A DNA stretch of 64,000 bases from Dehalococcoidia bacterium (lineage in GTDB: Bacteria; Chloroflexota; Dehalococcoidia; Lucifugimonadales; UBA3495). Both the position numbers and the translations under genes were made by a program. The notes under the pieces are model-generated. The model was not told the DNA's origin. It was given only the letters and a program-made list of their open reading frames with translations, and ran no database searches. This document shows, in pieces, positions 48,304 through 58,199 of the stretch (position 1 is the stretch's first letter; each line of letters begins with the position of its first letter). Location: contig JASLXV010000008.1 of NCBI GenBank assembly GCA_030740155.1, forward strand, positions 42,474 through 106,473. Direction: 5' to 3'.

Positions 48304-49146
48304 CTAGCTCTCAAACCTCAAGAGCTTGGGTGACGTTTCGTAGAGAATCTTGTTCTTGGTCTCAGGTTTCAGGGGAACCTCGCCGAACTCCTCGATATTT
48401 TGCTTCGGAGTGCTGAAGGGGTGGCCAAGCCCGTATACCGTGCGATCTGGGAACATGGAGTCGATGTACCGGATCCACTCCGGGTGAATGTACTTGTGCC
48501 GGAAGCTGGAGATCTCCATATACATGTTGGGGTGACGCATCATCACGGCAGCGATCTCCCAGATCCAAGGGAAAAGGGCGTGACGCAGGACGATCTTTAA
48601 GTCGGGAAAATCGACGGCCACCTGGTCCACCCGGTAGGGGCTCTGCACGTCCAAAGGGACGCGGTTGTTATAGTGGACGGAACAGGCAACGAAGACGGGA
48701 ATGTCCAGGTCGCAGGCCCTGGTGTAAAGGGGATAGTGCCTCCGGTCATCGATGGGCACGCCGGATTCCATGGGTTGAAGGTACAGGGCCCGGAAATCGT
48801 ACTCCTTAACGTCCCGTTCCAAGTCCTTGACCGCGTCATACCCTTTGTTCGGGTCAGCCCCTGAAAACCCGATGAACACGTCTGGGTACTCCGCTACCAG
48901 GTCGCGGACCCAGGAGGCGGGGGTGGACGTCCCGTAAAGAACGTCGTTGTCCAGGGCCGGGACCGCGACCAGCATGTTGGCTTCGCGCAGCTCCCGGACT
49001 GTGTCCTCCAGGGGGCGCGGCTTGAAATCGACTTTGAATATTTTCTGGTAGCTCAACCCCACTGGATTGAGCTTGGGGTACCCGTAGAATCCGTTGAGGG
49101 TCTCTGGGGTAAAGATCTGCATCATCCAGCAAATAATCTTCGGCAT
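48304..49146 (-). CDS. Amidohydrolase_2-family protein with atypical active site
   Basis: YPDVFIGFSGADP, YPLY..ACDLDIPV, DQVAVDFPDLKIVLRHALFPW, HPNMYMEIS. Confidence 0.85.
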   Translation of the reverse strand: MPKIICWMMQIFTPETLNGFYGYPKLNPVGLSYQKIFKVDFKPRPLEDTVRELREANMLVAVPALDNDVLYGTSTPASWVRDLVAEYPDVFIGFSGADPNKGYDAVKDLERDVKEYDFRALYLQPMESGVPIDDRRHYPLYTRACDLDIPVFVACSVHYNNRVPLDVQSPYRVDQVAVDFPDLKIVLRHALFPWIWEIAAVMMRHPNMYMEISSFRHKYIHPEWIRYIDSMFPDRTVYGLGHPFSTPKQNIEEFGEVPLKPETKNKILYETSPKLLRFES

Positions 49147-49336
49147 AGCCCCTCATGGCCTCCCTCTAAAGCTGAATCGCGCCAGCATTCTACCACGGGC
49201 CGCTATCGGGGGAGCCTCTTATCGCCGGTAGAGCGCCTTCCCGGATCGGCGCTGGGAACCCGGGAAACCGAAGATGAACCCGGCGGCCGCCCGCAGCAGA
49301 GGCGATGGCCCCGGAAGCAGGACCCGCAGGCGACAA

Positions 49337-49527
49337 GTGCTCAGCCAACTTAATGATAATAACTATCATTCTGGCTGAGACTCGTCATTCAGAGGAGCGG
49401 TGCGACGAAGAATCTCAGCGTAACGCCGAGATTCTTCGCTTCAGTCTAGAATGACAACGGTCTTGCCTCGTCTCCAGGGGTCAATATACAAGAATGACAT
49501 CTTGCAAGAACCAAGCTTACTGAGCAC
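49337..49527. mobile_element. MITE-like element with two internal hairpins
   Basis: Perfect 8-bp TIR GTGCTCAG / CTGAGCAC; inner GTCATTC...CGAAGAATCTC-loop-GAGATTCTTCG...GAATGAC REP-like hairpin. Confidence 0.5.
49352..49370. promoter_or_regulatory. Fur-box-like palindrome
   Basis: AATGATAAT-A-ACTATCATT, a 9-1-9 inverted repeat with one mismatch. Confidence 0.4.
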
Positions 49528-49537
49528 CAGGGCTTCT

Positions 49538-49664
49538 TTTCGGTAATTGGCGTTGCCCGCACCGAATGTGGTGGGCTTGTCGAACCACCATTCCTAAGCC
49601 GTTCGACAAGCTCAGCTCAAGACAAACGGATGACCCTAGATGACCCTAAAGGTTATTTCCGAAA
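49538..49664. mobile_element. Second MITE-like element with REP-like hairpin
   Basis: TTTCGGTAAT / ATTTCCGAAA ends; inner GGCTTGTCGAAC...GTTCGACAAGCT hairpin. Confidence 0.45.
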
Positions 49665-49671
49665 CCAGGCG

Positions 49672-50529
49672 CTAGGTGCCGTCCGGTGTGGCGTTTACCA
49701 TTCCGTCAAGCCTCTCGTGCAATAACTTGGCGGTAGTCTGCCGGGCGTTCTTTTTCCGCTTCATGCTCCAGCCGTGGGGGCAGACGTGGACGCAGATGCC
49801 GCACACGCTCGCGCCATGGGTCTTCTCCCGCCTCCGCAGATACTGCTGGCACTTCCGCGTGTCGAAGCGGACCTCCACCGGGTCTTCGGGGTTGAACTTG
49901 ATGCCGGTGAACGCTTGCACCGGGCAGAGGTCGACGCATAGGTTGCAATTCTTGCAGCGGTCCACGATGGCCGGCGCGCCACCGGCGTATTTAAGCGGGG
50001 CATCAGTGAGTATGGTGACCCACCGGACCCGCGGCCCATGGGCTTTCGTGATGAGCAGGCAGTTCTTACCGATCCATCCGTGCCCCGCAAAATTGGCGAC
50101 CAATTTGTGGGAAATGAGGCCTCTTCTCCGCACGTCATCGTAATATCCGCTTGAAGGTACCGGAATAGCCCGGTAGCCACTCCCCTCAAGAGTGAAAGCC
50201 AACCCTTCGGCCATCCGGTCCAGGTGCCCGCCTACCGCGGAGTAAATGTGGTGCTGGTAGGTGCGAGCGACGATATTGTTATGGTGTTGGTATAGCTGGT
50301 CCACCACGCCGTCAACCAGCGCTACTCCCAGGGAGATCGCCACGGGGTATTCGGAGAGGAAGTCGCCTCCCTGGTCGGTTACGAACGTCTTTGCCGGGGT
50401 CAGGTCGGCGACGCCGAAGTAGCTCGCCCCCAACGAGATTGCCTTCTCCCGCAGTTGGGCCACCAGAGTTTCGTCCGGAGCGGTTATTCTTGCAGCAGTC
50501 ACATTGCCCTCCGACTCAAGGAAGATCAT
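49672..50529 (-). CDS. QueG/reductive dehalogenase-superfamily 2x[4Fe-4S] protein
   Basis: GASYFGVA, ISHKLVA..AG.GWIGKN.LLIT..HGPRVRW.TILTD, CKNCNLCVDLCP, C...CGICVHVCP. Confidence 0.85.
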   Translation of the reverse strand: MIFLESEGNVTAARITAPDETLVAQLREKAISLGASYFGVADLTPAKTFVTDQGGDFLSEYPVAISLGVALVDGVVDQLYQHHNNIVARTYQHHIYSAVGGHLDRMAEGLAFTLEGSGYRAIPVPSSGYYDDVRRRGLISHKLVANFAGHGWIGKNCLLITKAHGPRVRWVTILTDAPLKYAGGAPAIVDRCKNCNLCVDLCPVQAFTGIKFNPEDPVEVRFDTRKCQQYLRRREKTHGASVCGICVHVCPHGWSMKRKKNARQTTAKLLHERLDGMVNATPDGT

Positions 50530-50775
50530 CCCGAGGTCACGGCAAGATCGTACCACAGTTCCGCTGCCGGGAGCGGGGTTGACTTCCGTTTGCTGTGTCT
50601 GGATATAATAATTGTGTTGACCGTAGGCGATCACCCTGCGCCGGCGCCCTCGAATATTCTCAGGCGCGGCAAGGGAAACGGTTATTGGAGCCAAGCTTCC
50701 CCGCGAACTTGATCTGGCTATACGAGCTGTACGAGAGGCTAATTCTTGACGCTGCCCCACGGTTTGGAGCGGACC

Positions 50776-51888
50776 ATGTTGGATCCCCGGCGGGTGAACA
50801 TCGACCGGGACCCGGTAGTCGTTTTTTGGGAAATGACCCTGGCCTGCGCCTTGGCGTGCCGCCATTGCCGGGCCCTGGCGCAACCCAAGCGCAGCCCACT
50901 GGAACTGTCCGCATCGGAGTGTATCCGGGTACTGGAGGATCTGACCTCATTCGACCATGCGCCGATCGTGGTCCTTTCGGGTGGCGACCCGTTCATGAGA
51001 AGGGACCTTTTTGACCTGGTGGAACACGGTATCGGCCTGGGACTCACCATGTCCGTCGCCCCCGCCGCGACCGCTTTGGCCACTCGCCAGCGGTTCCAAC
51101 GGCTGAAGGACCTGGGCGTGTCCCGCCTCTCGTTGAGCCTGGACGGCTCGGCCGCCGCCGCCCACGACAGCTTTCGAGGCGTGGAGGGCTCTTTTAATCT
51201 GACCCGGAAGGCGATGTCGAACGCGCGGGCCGCGGGAATGGCCTTCCAGGTCAACACCACCGTGACCCGTCAGACCGTGGAAGACCTTCCGGCCATCGCG
51301 GAGTTGGTGGCGTCGTCGGGAGCGATGCTATGGGACCTGTTCTTTCTCGTACCCACGGGGCGTGCCGCCGCCGAGGACACCATCTCACCGGAAGAACACG
51401 AACGTGTCTTCGGCTGGCTCTGCGGTCTCGCGGAACAGGTGCCGTTCTCGCTCAAGACGACCCTGGGGCAGCACTTTAGGCGAGTACAGGTGCTAAAGCG
51501 CCTGGCGAGCGAGGGTCGAGGCTTGGACGGACTATCTCCGGACCAGGTGCGCGAGTTGTACCGGGGCGTGCCCAGCAACGACGGTAAAGGTATCCTGTTC
51601 ATCTCTCACCGGGGCGAGGTATGCCCCAGCGGCTTTCTGCCCATCTCGGCCGGCAACGTGCGGCGCGATTCGGTGGTGAGCCGATACCGCGACTCCCCAC
51701 TCTTCCGTTCCCTGAGAGACCCTTCCGCGCTGCAAGGCAAGTGTGGCCGCTGCCCTTTCAACGTGATCTGCGGCGGGTGCCGGGCGCGGGCCTACGCCAC
51801 GACCGGCGATCCCCTGGCGGCCGAGCCTTACTGCGTCTTCCAGCCCGGCGAAGCGGAATCCCACGCCGCCCAAACAACGGAGCGCTGA
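50776..51888 (+). CDS. Radical SAM/SPASM protein, TIGR04053/AhbD-NirJ-like
   Basis: VFWEMTLACALACRHCRA, LSGGDP, FFLVPTGR, NDGKG..FISH.GEVCPSGFLP, GKCGRC..CGGCRARAYA. Confidence 0.88.
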   Translation: MLDPRRVNIDRDPVVVFWEMTLACALACRHCRALAQPKRSPLELSASECIRVLEDLTSFDHAPIVVLSGGDPFMRRDLFDLVEHGIGLGLTMSVAPAATALATRQRFQRLKDLGVSRLSLSLDGSAAAAHDSFRGVEGSFNLTRKAMSNARAAGMAFQVNTTVTRQTVEDLPAIAELVASSGAMLWDLFFLVPTGRAAAEDTISPEEHERVFGWLCGLAEQVPFSLKTTLGQHFRRVQVLKRLASEGRGLDGLSPDQVRELYRGVPSNDGKGILFISHRGEVCPSGFLPISAGNVRRDSVVSRYRDSPLFRSLRDPSALQGKCGRCPFNVICGGCRARAYATTGDPLAAEPYCVFQPGEAESHAAQTTER

Positions 51889-51909
51889 GCCGAAGTCCTC
51901 GGTTTTTTT
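51889..51909 (+). terminator. Short hairpin plus T7 tract
   Basis: GCCGA-AGTCC-TCGG TTTTTTT immediately after the stop codon. Confidence 0.45.
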
Positions 51910-51934
51910 ACCCCCGGCGTACGACTACCCAGCC

Positions 51935-52056
51935 GAACTCATTGCTAGGAGTTGGCATTGCGAACGGAGCGAGGAACCTGAGCGTAACAATGAGATTCCT
52001 CGTAGCTCCACCCCGCGACTTGACCTCCTGTAGGAATCAAGTCAACTGAGTTCTAG
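51935..52056. mobile_element. MITE-like element related to the 49.4 kb hairpin
   Basis: GAACTCA / TGAGTTC ends, right end runs into the CTAG of the fdh stop; inner GGAGCGAGGAA..AGCGTAAC..ATTCCTCG hairpin. Confidence 0.45.
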
Positions 52057-53108
52057 GCCGCATAGATGTAGCTGTAGCTGGGGCTTGTAACCTTGCCGCC
52101 ATCCACGATGAGGCAGTCCCGGTCGATCGGTTGCCCATCGAAGAAGTTTTTCAGGCAGTCGTAGATTCCATCCGCATAGCGCTTTTGCGCCTCCAATGAG
52201 GTTCCGGAAACATGGGGCGTCATAGCGTGATTTCGCATCTTCCGCCACGGATGGTCGGCCGGCGCCGGCTGGGGATACCATACGTCACCCGCATATCCGG
52301 CCAAATGGTCTTTCTCCATCACTTCTACGAGTGCATCCGTGTCGACAATCCGGCCCCGAGCCGTGTTGACCAAGTGGGCTCCCTTCTTCATGCCATAAAG
52401 CCGGTCACGGTCGAACAGCCCTTGAGTCGCCGGGGTGAGCGGGATATTGATACTTACCACGTCGCACGAACGGACGAGGGTATCAAACTGGGAGTAGCGG
52501 GCGCCAAGAACTTGCTCCTCGGCGGTGCTCAATCGTCGAGAATCGAAGTAGTAGGTGTGAACATCGAAGGGTTTCAGCCGGGCGGCCACTCGCTGCCCAA
52601 TCCGTCCCGTGCCGACAATGCCGACGGTCTTGTCTTCTAGGTCGTGGGATTTCCCGGCGATCTTGCCGATGTCCCAGCCACCTTCGATCACTTCGTGATA
52701 GGCGGGGACGTAGTCGCGAACCAGGATCAACATCTGCATCACGACGTGCTCGGCTACACTGACGACGTTGCTGCCGGTAACCTCGGCAACGGTGATGTTC
52801 CGCTCCGCGGCCGCCGCCAGGTCGAAGTGGTCGGACCCGACTCCCGCCGTTAGAAGGAGCCGGATGTTTGGCGCTCGTTCAATCCTTTCGCTGGTGATGT
52901 AGGCAGGCCAGAATGGAGTGGCGATCAGGATATCCACATCATGTAGATGCTGCTCCAACTCAGATTCCGGGTCAGTTAGCGCGACAAGCTCGTGTCCGCG
53001 AGCCTCCACCATCTCGCGAAGTCCAAGCGCGTTTTCCGCGCAGCCGAGCAGTTCATGGTTTTCCTTCGCCGCGGAACCGCCTGGGTAAAGAACGGCAACG
53101 ATTTTCAT
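52053..53108 (-). CDS. fdh: NAD-dependent formate dehydrogenase
   Basis: MKIVAVLY, LLGCAENALGLR, TPFWPAY, TAGVGSDH, EVTGSNVVSVAEH, GYAGDVWYPQPAP.DHPWR, AMTPH. Confidence 0.95.
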   Translation of the reverse strand: MKIVAVLYPGGSAAKENHELLGCAENALGLREMVEARGHELVALTDPESELEQHLHDVDILIATPFWPAYITSERIERAPNIRLLLTAGVGSDHFDLAAAAERNITVAEVTGSNVVSVAEHVVMQMLILVRDYVPAYHEVIEGGWDIGKIAGKSHDLEDKTVGIVGTGRIGQRVAARLKPFDVHTYYFDSRRLSTAEEQVLGARYSQFDTLVRSCDVVSINIPLTPATQGLFDRDRLYGMKKGAHLVNTARGRIVDTDALVEVMEKDHLAGYAGDVWYPQPAPADHPWRKMRNHAMTPHVSGTSLEAQKRYADGIYDCLKNFFDGQPIDRDCLIVDGGKVTSPSYSYIYAA

Positions 53109-53806
53109 GGTCTACTCCTCCTTACAGGTTCAAATCTCGCTTCGGGTTTGTATCGTCCGGTCGTCCCGGTTTTGAATGAAGGGTTTAAGGTGCCTGCGTT
53201 GAATCCGGCTGGGCCTTGGCGTCGTCGGCTTCCCTCCGGGGAATTTAGCTCTTGCGCCAAGGCCTGCAAAGGTTAGATGCACGCGGGGGACAAAGGGTGG
53301 CATGAATATGATTCGAATCTGTAAGCTAGAGGCTTGATCGCGATGGAGTGATGGGTACGTGAGCGTACGGGTACTGAGAGTGGGACCGCGAAAAGCCGCT
53401 GCCCAAGTTTTGGCCGCTGCCAACTGGGTTTCCCATTCGAGACCGATCGCCACCAGAGCCCGCGACCGGCAGTGACTCCGGCCCAAAGTGCCAGGCGCAT
53501 CAGGCCCCGATCATGCGAAGTTGCCGGGGTGAGAAGGTTTGGTTCAGCCGCAAGAGGGCCGATTGGAAGTGGTATGAAGAGCAGTGGGCGGTCAGAACCG
53601 GGCCAATAATGATCACCATTGGGAATGACTGGGGGCTTTTTATCGTGGTCAGAGTAGTATAATTGGAGCCTCAGGAACACGGTAGTCGCTTAGCTATTTC
53701 TACCAATCATGCGGGCGCGCCCGGTGCCTTCAATTGGTCTCGATGCGCCCCGCACTGGGGGATGGGGTGGGAGTTGCGAGCCTGGTTTGGCGGAGGCAAT
53801 TGACCA

Positions 53807-55273
53807 ATGAAATACCCTGCTCTACTTGCGAGCTTGGCTACTCTCCTGATCATGGCCGCATGTTCGAGCGGAGGCGCGACCTCCACCCCTGTAATTCAGG
53901 CCACATTCGCGCCGGCCGAGCCTACCGCGACTCCAAGATCGACGCCAAATATCGATGCGACAGTCGAAGCGCGCCTGCAAACTGCTATCGTCAGCCGTCC
54001 CACCGCGACTCCACTTCCGGCTCCGACAATTGCCGCGACCTCAACCCCGAAGCCGACTTCGATTCCGACTCCGATTCCGGCCTCGACCACCCTTCCCCCA
54101 ATCCCGACTCCACCACCACCTCCCACGTCAACCCTGGCTCCGGCTCCCACGGCCACCCCTCTACCGCCTCCCACGCCGGTTCCTACCGCTACGCCCGCGC
54201 CAACCCCCACCTCCGAACTCTCCGTCACCCTGTCGCTGGAGACCAGCGGAAGGGCCAGCAAGGTGGCGATCACGGGCCGAGGCTTCACCCCCACCGGAAT
54301 CGCGACAATCAAATACGCCGGCAGCATTGTCACGGCCAGCAAGACCGACGTCAACGGCGTCCTCGCCGCCATTTTCACCGTACCGCTTTCTGCGGCGTTT
54401 AACTCCCCCCACGTGGTGGAAGCCATCGATGATGCCACGGGCCGCACGGTGTCGGTTGACCATTTCGTTCCTCCTCCAAGCCTTTCGCTGGAGCCACTGC
54501 AAGGATTTCCCGGTACGCCTTTCGATATGATAGGCCAGGGCTATCCACCGCTCGCCACGGTGAGACCGATACTCTTCTTTGGGGCTGACGTTTCAGCTTA
54601 TCCTTACACTGCCGTCGACAGCACCGGGGCATTCGTGATCGAACTGATTGCTCCAAGCCTATCCAGCCGTGACTATACAGTCTCCGCCACGGCGGAGGAC
54701 GGCGTGGCGGAGGCTTCATTCAAGATTCTCCCAGCAAAGCTTGGGTTGGAACCGTCGGCTGGCCCTCCGAACACCACTGTGATCGTCAACGGGTGGGGCT
54801 TCCCCGCTTCGTCAGAACTGGCGTCGCTGGACATGGGTGGCGTGGACATTCTGGCAGGCGCCGAGAGTCAGAGGGCCAACCTTGGTCTCACGACTACCGT
54901 GTGGGGAGAGTTTGAGGTGGAGGTAACAGTCCCGGAAATATCTTCCGGGGCCGCTGAGGTTGTCGCTGAAGTAGCCGGCGTCAGCGCTAACTCGATGCTA
55001 ACTGTCCCACTGGTCGTCATCGATCTGACGCCGGCCGAAAGCCCCATGTTCGGCCCCGTGACCATCAGAGGCAGTGGATTTCCTGCGTTTACTCTGGTGA
55101 CATCGATCAATATCAGGGATGTTCCGCTTCTGGGCAGCCATCGCCTGGAGACGGATGCAGACGGTGCGTTTTCGCTGGGTGCGGTGGTACCTGCGTTCTC
55201 CCCCGGGCCGGTACAGGTGTCTACGACGGTGGGTAACATTTCATTCACCACCGATTTCGTGGTCACGCCCTGA
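53807..55273 (+). CDS. Lipoprotein with P/T-rich stalk and about three Ig-like (IPT/TIG-type) repeats
   Basis: Lipobox MAAC; PNIDATVEA; recurring ITGRGF / VNGWGFP / IRGSGFP...G.F motifs. Confidence 0.8.
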   Translation: MKYPALLASLATLLIMAACSSGGATSTPVIQATFAPAEPTATPRSTPNIDATVEARLQTAIVSRPTATPLPAPTIAATSTPKPTSIPTPIPASTTLPPIPTPPPPPTSTLAPAPTATPLPPPTPVPTATPAPTPTSELSVTLSLETSGRASKVAITGRGFTPTGIATIKYAGSIVTASKTDVNGVLAAIFTVPLSAAFNSPHVVEAIDDATGRTVSVDHFVPPPSLSLEPLQGFPGTPFDMIGQGYPPLATVRPILFFGADVSAYPYTAVDSTGAFVIELIAPSLSSRDYTVSATAEDGVAEASFKILPAKLGLEPSAGPPNTTVIVNGWGFPASSELASLDMGGVDILAGAESQRANLGLTTTVWGEFEVEVTVPEISSGAAEVVAEVAGVSANSMLTVPLVVIDLTPAESPMFGPVTIRGSGFPAFTLVTSINIRDVPLLGSHRLETDADGAFSLGAVVPAFSPGPVQVSTTVGNISFTTDFVVTP

Positions 55274-55405
55274 CCTTGTTTGTCTGACCCTCCGGCTGGT
55301 CTTCAACGGCGCGGGGACCGTCCATCCGGTCGTGCCATCTGTCGTCCACCATCGACAAGCTCACCTCGCGGGCCATGGAGCCTTGCCAGATCTGGGGAGA
55401 CAAGA

Positions 55406-56587
55406 TTGCACTCAGCGGTTGACCGGGAGATCAGAGATCTCATTGGCAAGAGCGGGCGGACGGACGGGCGCATTACGTTCGCCCAGTTCATGCGGGCCTG
55501 CCTGTACTCGCCCAGTGGAGGGTTTTACTCTTCCCGGGGCAACGGGATCAACGCGCACTTCGGGACCTCGCCCACGAGTCACCCAGTATTCGGCGCCCTG
55601 ATCGCCCGGCAACTCGAGGAGATGTGGCACCTCCTCGGAGACCCTTCCGTCTTCCACGTGATTGAAGTTGGCTCCGGCGACGGCGCCCTGGCTCGGTCCA
55701 TCGTCGACGCTTGCCGGCGCATGGCCCCCGGCCTGGCCCAGACGCTTTGCTACGTCGCCGCGGACTACGAGCCGTTTTGGGTCCAATCCACGGACCACAC
55801 CTCGGGTTGGGACAGCGGGACTGGAAGTATGCCGGGCCCCGGCGGGCAAGACACGATTTCGGGGGCCCAAAGGGTCAAATCCCAAGGACTGGAGGCGTTC
55901 CGAAATGTTGTTGGCTGTATCCTTTGTAACGAGTTGCTCGACAACTTCCCCGTCCACCGGTTCGCCATCCAGGGTGGAAAAGTTAAGGAAATTTTCGTCA
56001 CTTTGGCTCGAGGGAAGCTCACAGAAATCCTGGACGAGCCGTCCTCCCCTCGTATCGAAGAGAGGCTGGACAGCCTGGACCTGTCACTGCCTGAAGGGTA
56101 TCGGGGCGAAGTCAATCTGGCCATGGAGGACTGGATCAGTCAGATCAACACGACCCTGGATCGCGGGTTTGTTCTCACCATCGACTACGGCCAACTGGCC
56201 GCCGATCTCTATTCGCCTCAGAACTCCAACGGTACGCTGGTCTGCTTCAACCGGCACGTCGTCGGCAACGACCCATATCAGCACATCGGCCGGCAGGACA
56301 TCACCACCCAGGTGGACTTCACGTCTCTCATGCAGCTCGGCCGGCGGTGCGGTCTGGCCACCGTGGGTTACGCCCTCCAGCGCCAATTCCTGGCGAACCT
56401 TGGCTTCGCCTTGTTCCTCGACGCGCTCCAGACGCAAGGCCTGTCCGACGCCCGAATGGAATTGAGCCGTATGGCCATGATGACTCTGGTGGATCCGGAT
56501 GAGTACGGCGACTTCAAAGTGCTTGCCCAGGCCAAAGGGATGGGGCCGGGCATTGAGCTGCTCGGATTTGAGGGCCAGGGATCTTAG
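55406..56587 (+). CDS. MidA/NDUFAF7-family SAM-dependent methyltransferase
   Basis: ITFAQFM..CLY.P..GFY, TSP, IEVGSGDG.LA, NELLDNFPVH, TIDYG, QDITTQVDF. Confidence 0.9.
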   Translation: MHSAVDREIRDLIGKSGRTDGRITFAQFMRACLYSPSGGFYSSRGNGINAHFGTSPTSHPVFGALIARQLEEMWHLLGDPSVFHVIEVGSGDGALARSIVDACRRMAPGLAQTLCYVAADYEPFWVQSTDHTSGWDSGTGSMPGPGGQDTISGAQRVKSQGLEAFRNVVGCILCNELLDNFPVHRFAIQGGKVKEIFVTLARGKLTEILDEPSSPRIEERLDSLDLSLPEGYRGEVNLAMEDWISQINTTLDRGFVLTIDYGQLAADLYSPQNSNGTLVCFNRHVVGNDPYQHIGRQDITTQVDFTSLMQLGRRCGLATVGYALQRQFLANLGFALFLDALQTQGLSDARMELSRMAMMTLVDPDEYGDFKVLAQAKGMGPGIELLGFEGQGS

Positions 56588-56633
56588 CGGGTCCACCGTT
56601 CAGCCTGGTTTCACCCGCGGCGCCTACGGCGTC

Positions 56634-56740
56634 TCTCGCAAATGCTATTTGATTGGCTTAACTGGGCGAAATTCCCTCACGACCCCCATCTTTCTGGCCC
56701 TCGGCGGGATGACGGATCAGGAACGACGCCGTTTGCGAGA
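56634..56740. mobile_element. MITE-like element, same TIR family as 33934-34079
   Basis: Perfect 9-bp TIR TCTCGCAAA / TTTGCGAGA; inner remnant TCGGCGGGATGAC. Confidence 0.5.
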
Positions 56741-56849
56741 CTCAAGACCAGAAGTACGAGAAAAGAGGCACGAAGAACGCCCGGTGGCTTGTCGTCTCCT
56801 TTCATGGCGACAGGCCTCCGGGCGCCTAATCGGCCCGCTACGTTGGATT

Positions 56850-58145
56850 CTAGCTAGGGTGTTTGCTTAGCATGATGAAGCCGTTGCTGTCGGGCGTGTT
56901 GCAACCCGCGAGGGCAGTGTCAGCCCGCACCGTCACCTGCCGGGCCCCCGCCGTTCCCCGAAGCTGCTCAATGCTATCGGCGTAGAGGACGGCCCGGTTG
57001 CGCCCGGTCCCGTTGTTTCCTCCGCTGGAAAGGAAGGGGTGCGGGCCTTCGACCCTGATGTCATCGGCATAGAAATCGTGGGCTTCTCCCAGCTTGACAC
57101 CGTGCCACTGGAAGGCCTCCAAGAACTGCTGAGTGAAGGTGAGGTAGCCGTCGTAGGGATTGAAGATGTCAACGTCCGCGGGGCCGAGCCCGGAGCCCTC
57201 CCACATTCTTCGTGCTAGGCTGGCTGTCGCCTCTTGGTGCTCCTCCAGGGTTGCCATAGTGCTCCGGCCCCGCTGAGTGGTCTGCGCGTGGTTCAGGACG
57301 TAGACCGGCTTCTGCCTCAGGTCCTTGGCACGTTCGGCGGTGGTGAAGATGAAGGCCGCGCAAGTATTGACCGGCCGGTCACAATCATAAACAACCAACG
57401 GTTCCTCGATCAGGCGCCCGTTCAAATAATCCTCGGTGGTGAGCTGGTACGGCTCGTACAGGGCGTAGTACCCCCAGGGGGTCATCAATCCGTTTCTCCG
57501 CAAGTTCAAACAGAGAGGGGCCAGCCCGTCATGGGACTTACCGTACTTCTTGCAATACTGCAGGAAGGTCACGAGATTGTTGAACATTGCGCCGCTCTGA
57601 TAACCCCACGGAAGGGTATAGGCGTTGGGCCCGGCAGCCTCCTGTCTGACGTTCACGGGACTGTTGTGCCCGTACCGGCCGGAGAGGTTGACCATCGGGT
57701 ACCACACCAGGGCGGTCTCGCACAAACCGTCACCGACGGCCTGGGCAGCCTGGCCCATCATAGGGCCGATGTAGGGCGCGTCGGATTCGAGATACTTCAC
57801 GTTCTTGAGTCCCAACTCCCGCTGTATCCACTCCGCTGAAGCCTTGATCAGGCCATCTTCGGTGTCGTAGGGCGGGTCGAAATAGGGCCGAGGCGCCCAG
57901 GTCTGCTCCGAGCGGGTCTCCGCGCTGGTAATGAGCCCATCAATGTCGCCCAACGACAGGCCCGCGTCCGCGATCGCCTTCAGGCAGGCCTCCTTGGACA
58001 AGCCGCCGCAGCTCCGGTCCATGGTCACGCCGTCCCAGCGCCGATCCATGTGGGATTGGCCCCAACCTACGATGGCGACCTTGCCCCGGTGCTCCCAGAC
58101 TCCCGGCCCTTCACGATCTCTTCTCCAACTCGTACCACTAACCAT
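56850..58145 (-). CDS. Thiolase-superfamily protein (SCP2-thiolase/Ltp2-like)
   Basis: KVAIVGWGQS, AIADAGL..DIDGL, YDCDRPV, SGLGPADVD..YDG, QLRG.AGARQV; adjacent DUF35 gene. Confidence 0.85.
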   Translation of the reverse strand: MVSGTSWRRDREGPGVWEHRGKVAIVGWGQSHMDRRWDGVTMDRSCGGLSKEACLKAIADAGLSLGDIDGLITSAETRSEQTWAPRPYFDPPYDTEDGLIKASAEWIQRELGLKNVKYLESDAPYIGPMMGQAAQAVGDGLCETALVWYPMVNLSGRYGHNSPVNVRQEAAGPNAYTLPWGYQSGAMFNNLVTFLQYCKKYGKSHDGLAPLCLNLRRNGLMTPWGYYALYEPYQLTTEDYLNGRLIEEPLVVYDCDRPVNTCAAFIFTTAERAKDLRQKPVYVLNHAQTTQRGRSTMATLEEHQEATASLARRMWEGSGLGPADVDIFNPYDGYLTFTQQFLEAFQWHGVKLGEAHDFYADDIRVEGPHPFLSSGGNNGTGRNRAVLYADSIEQLRGTAGARQVTVRADTALAGCNTPDSNGFIMLSKHPS

Positions 58146-58199
58146 TTCCGCTCCCTCATTACCTCTGAGTCTGTTCGCCGTTTCCGTCAGATCCGTGGG

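Noticed and set aside
49672..50529. Respiratory reductive dehalogenase
   Set aside because: Too short, no twin-arginine signal and no RdhB anchor gene.
53130..53700. Small ORFs upstream of fdh
   Set aside because: No RBS or recognisable motifs; treated as intergenic.
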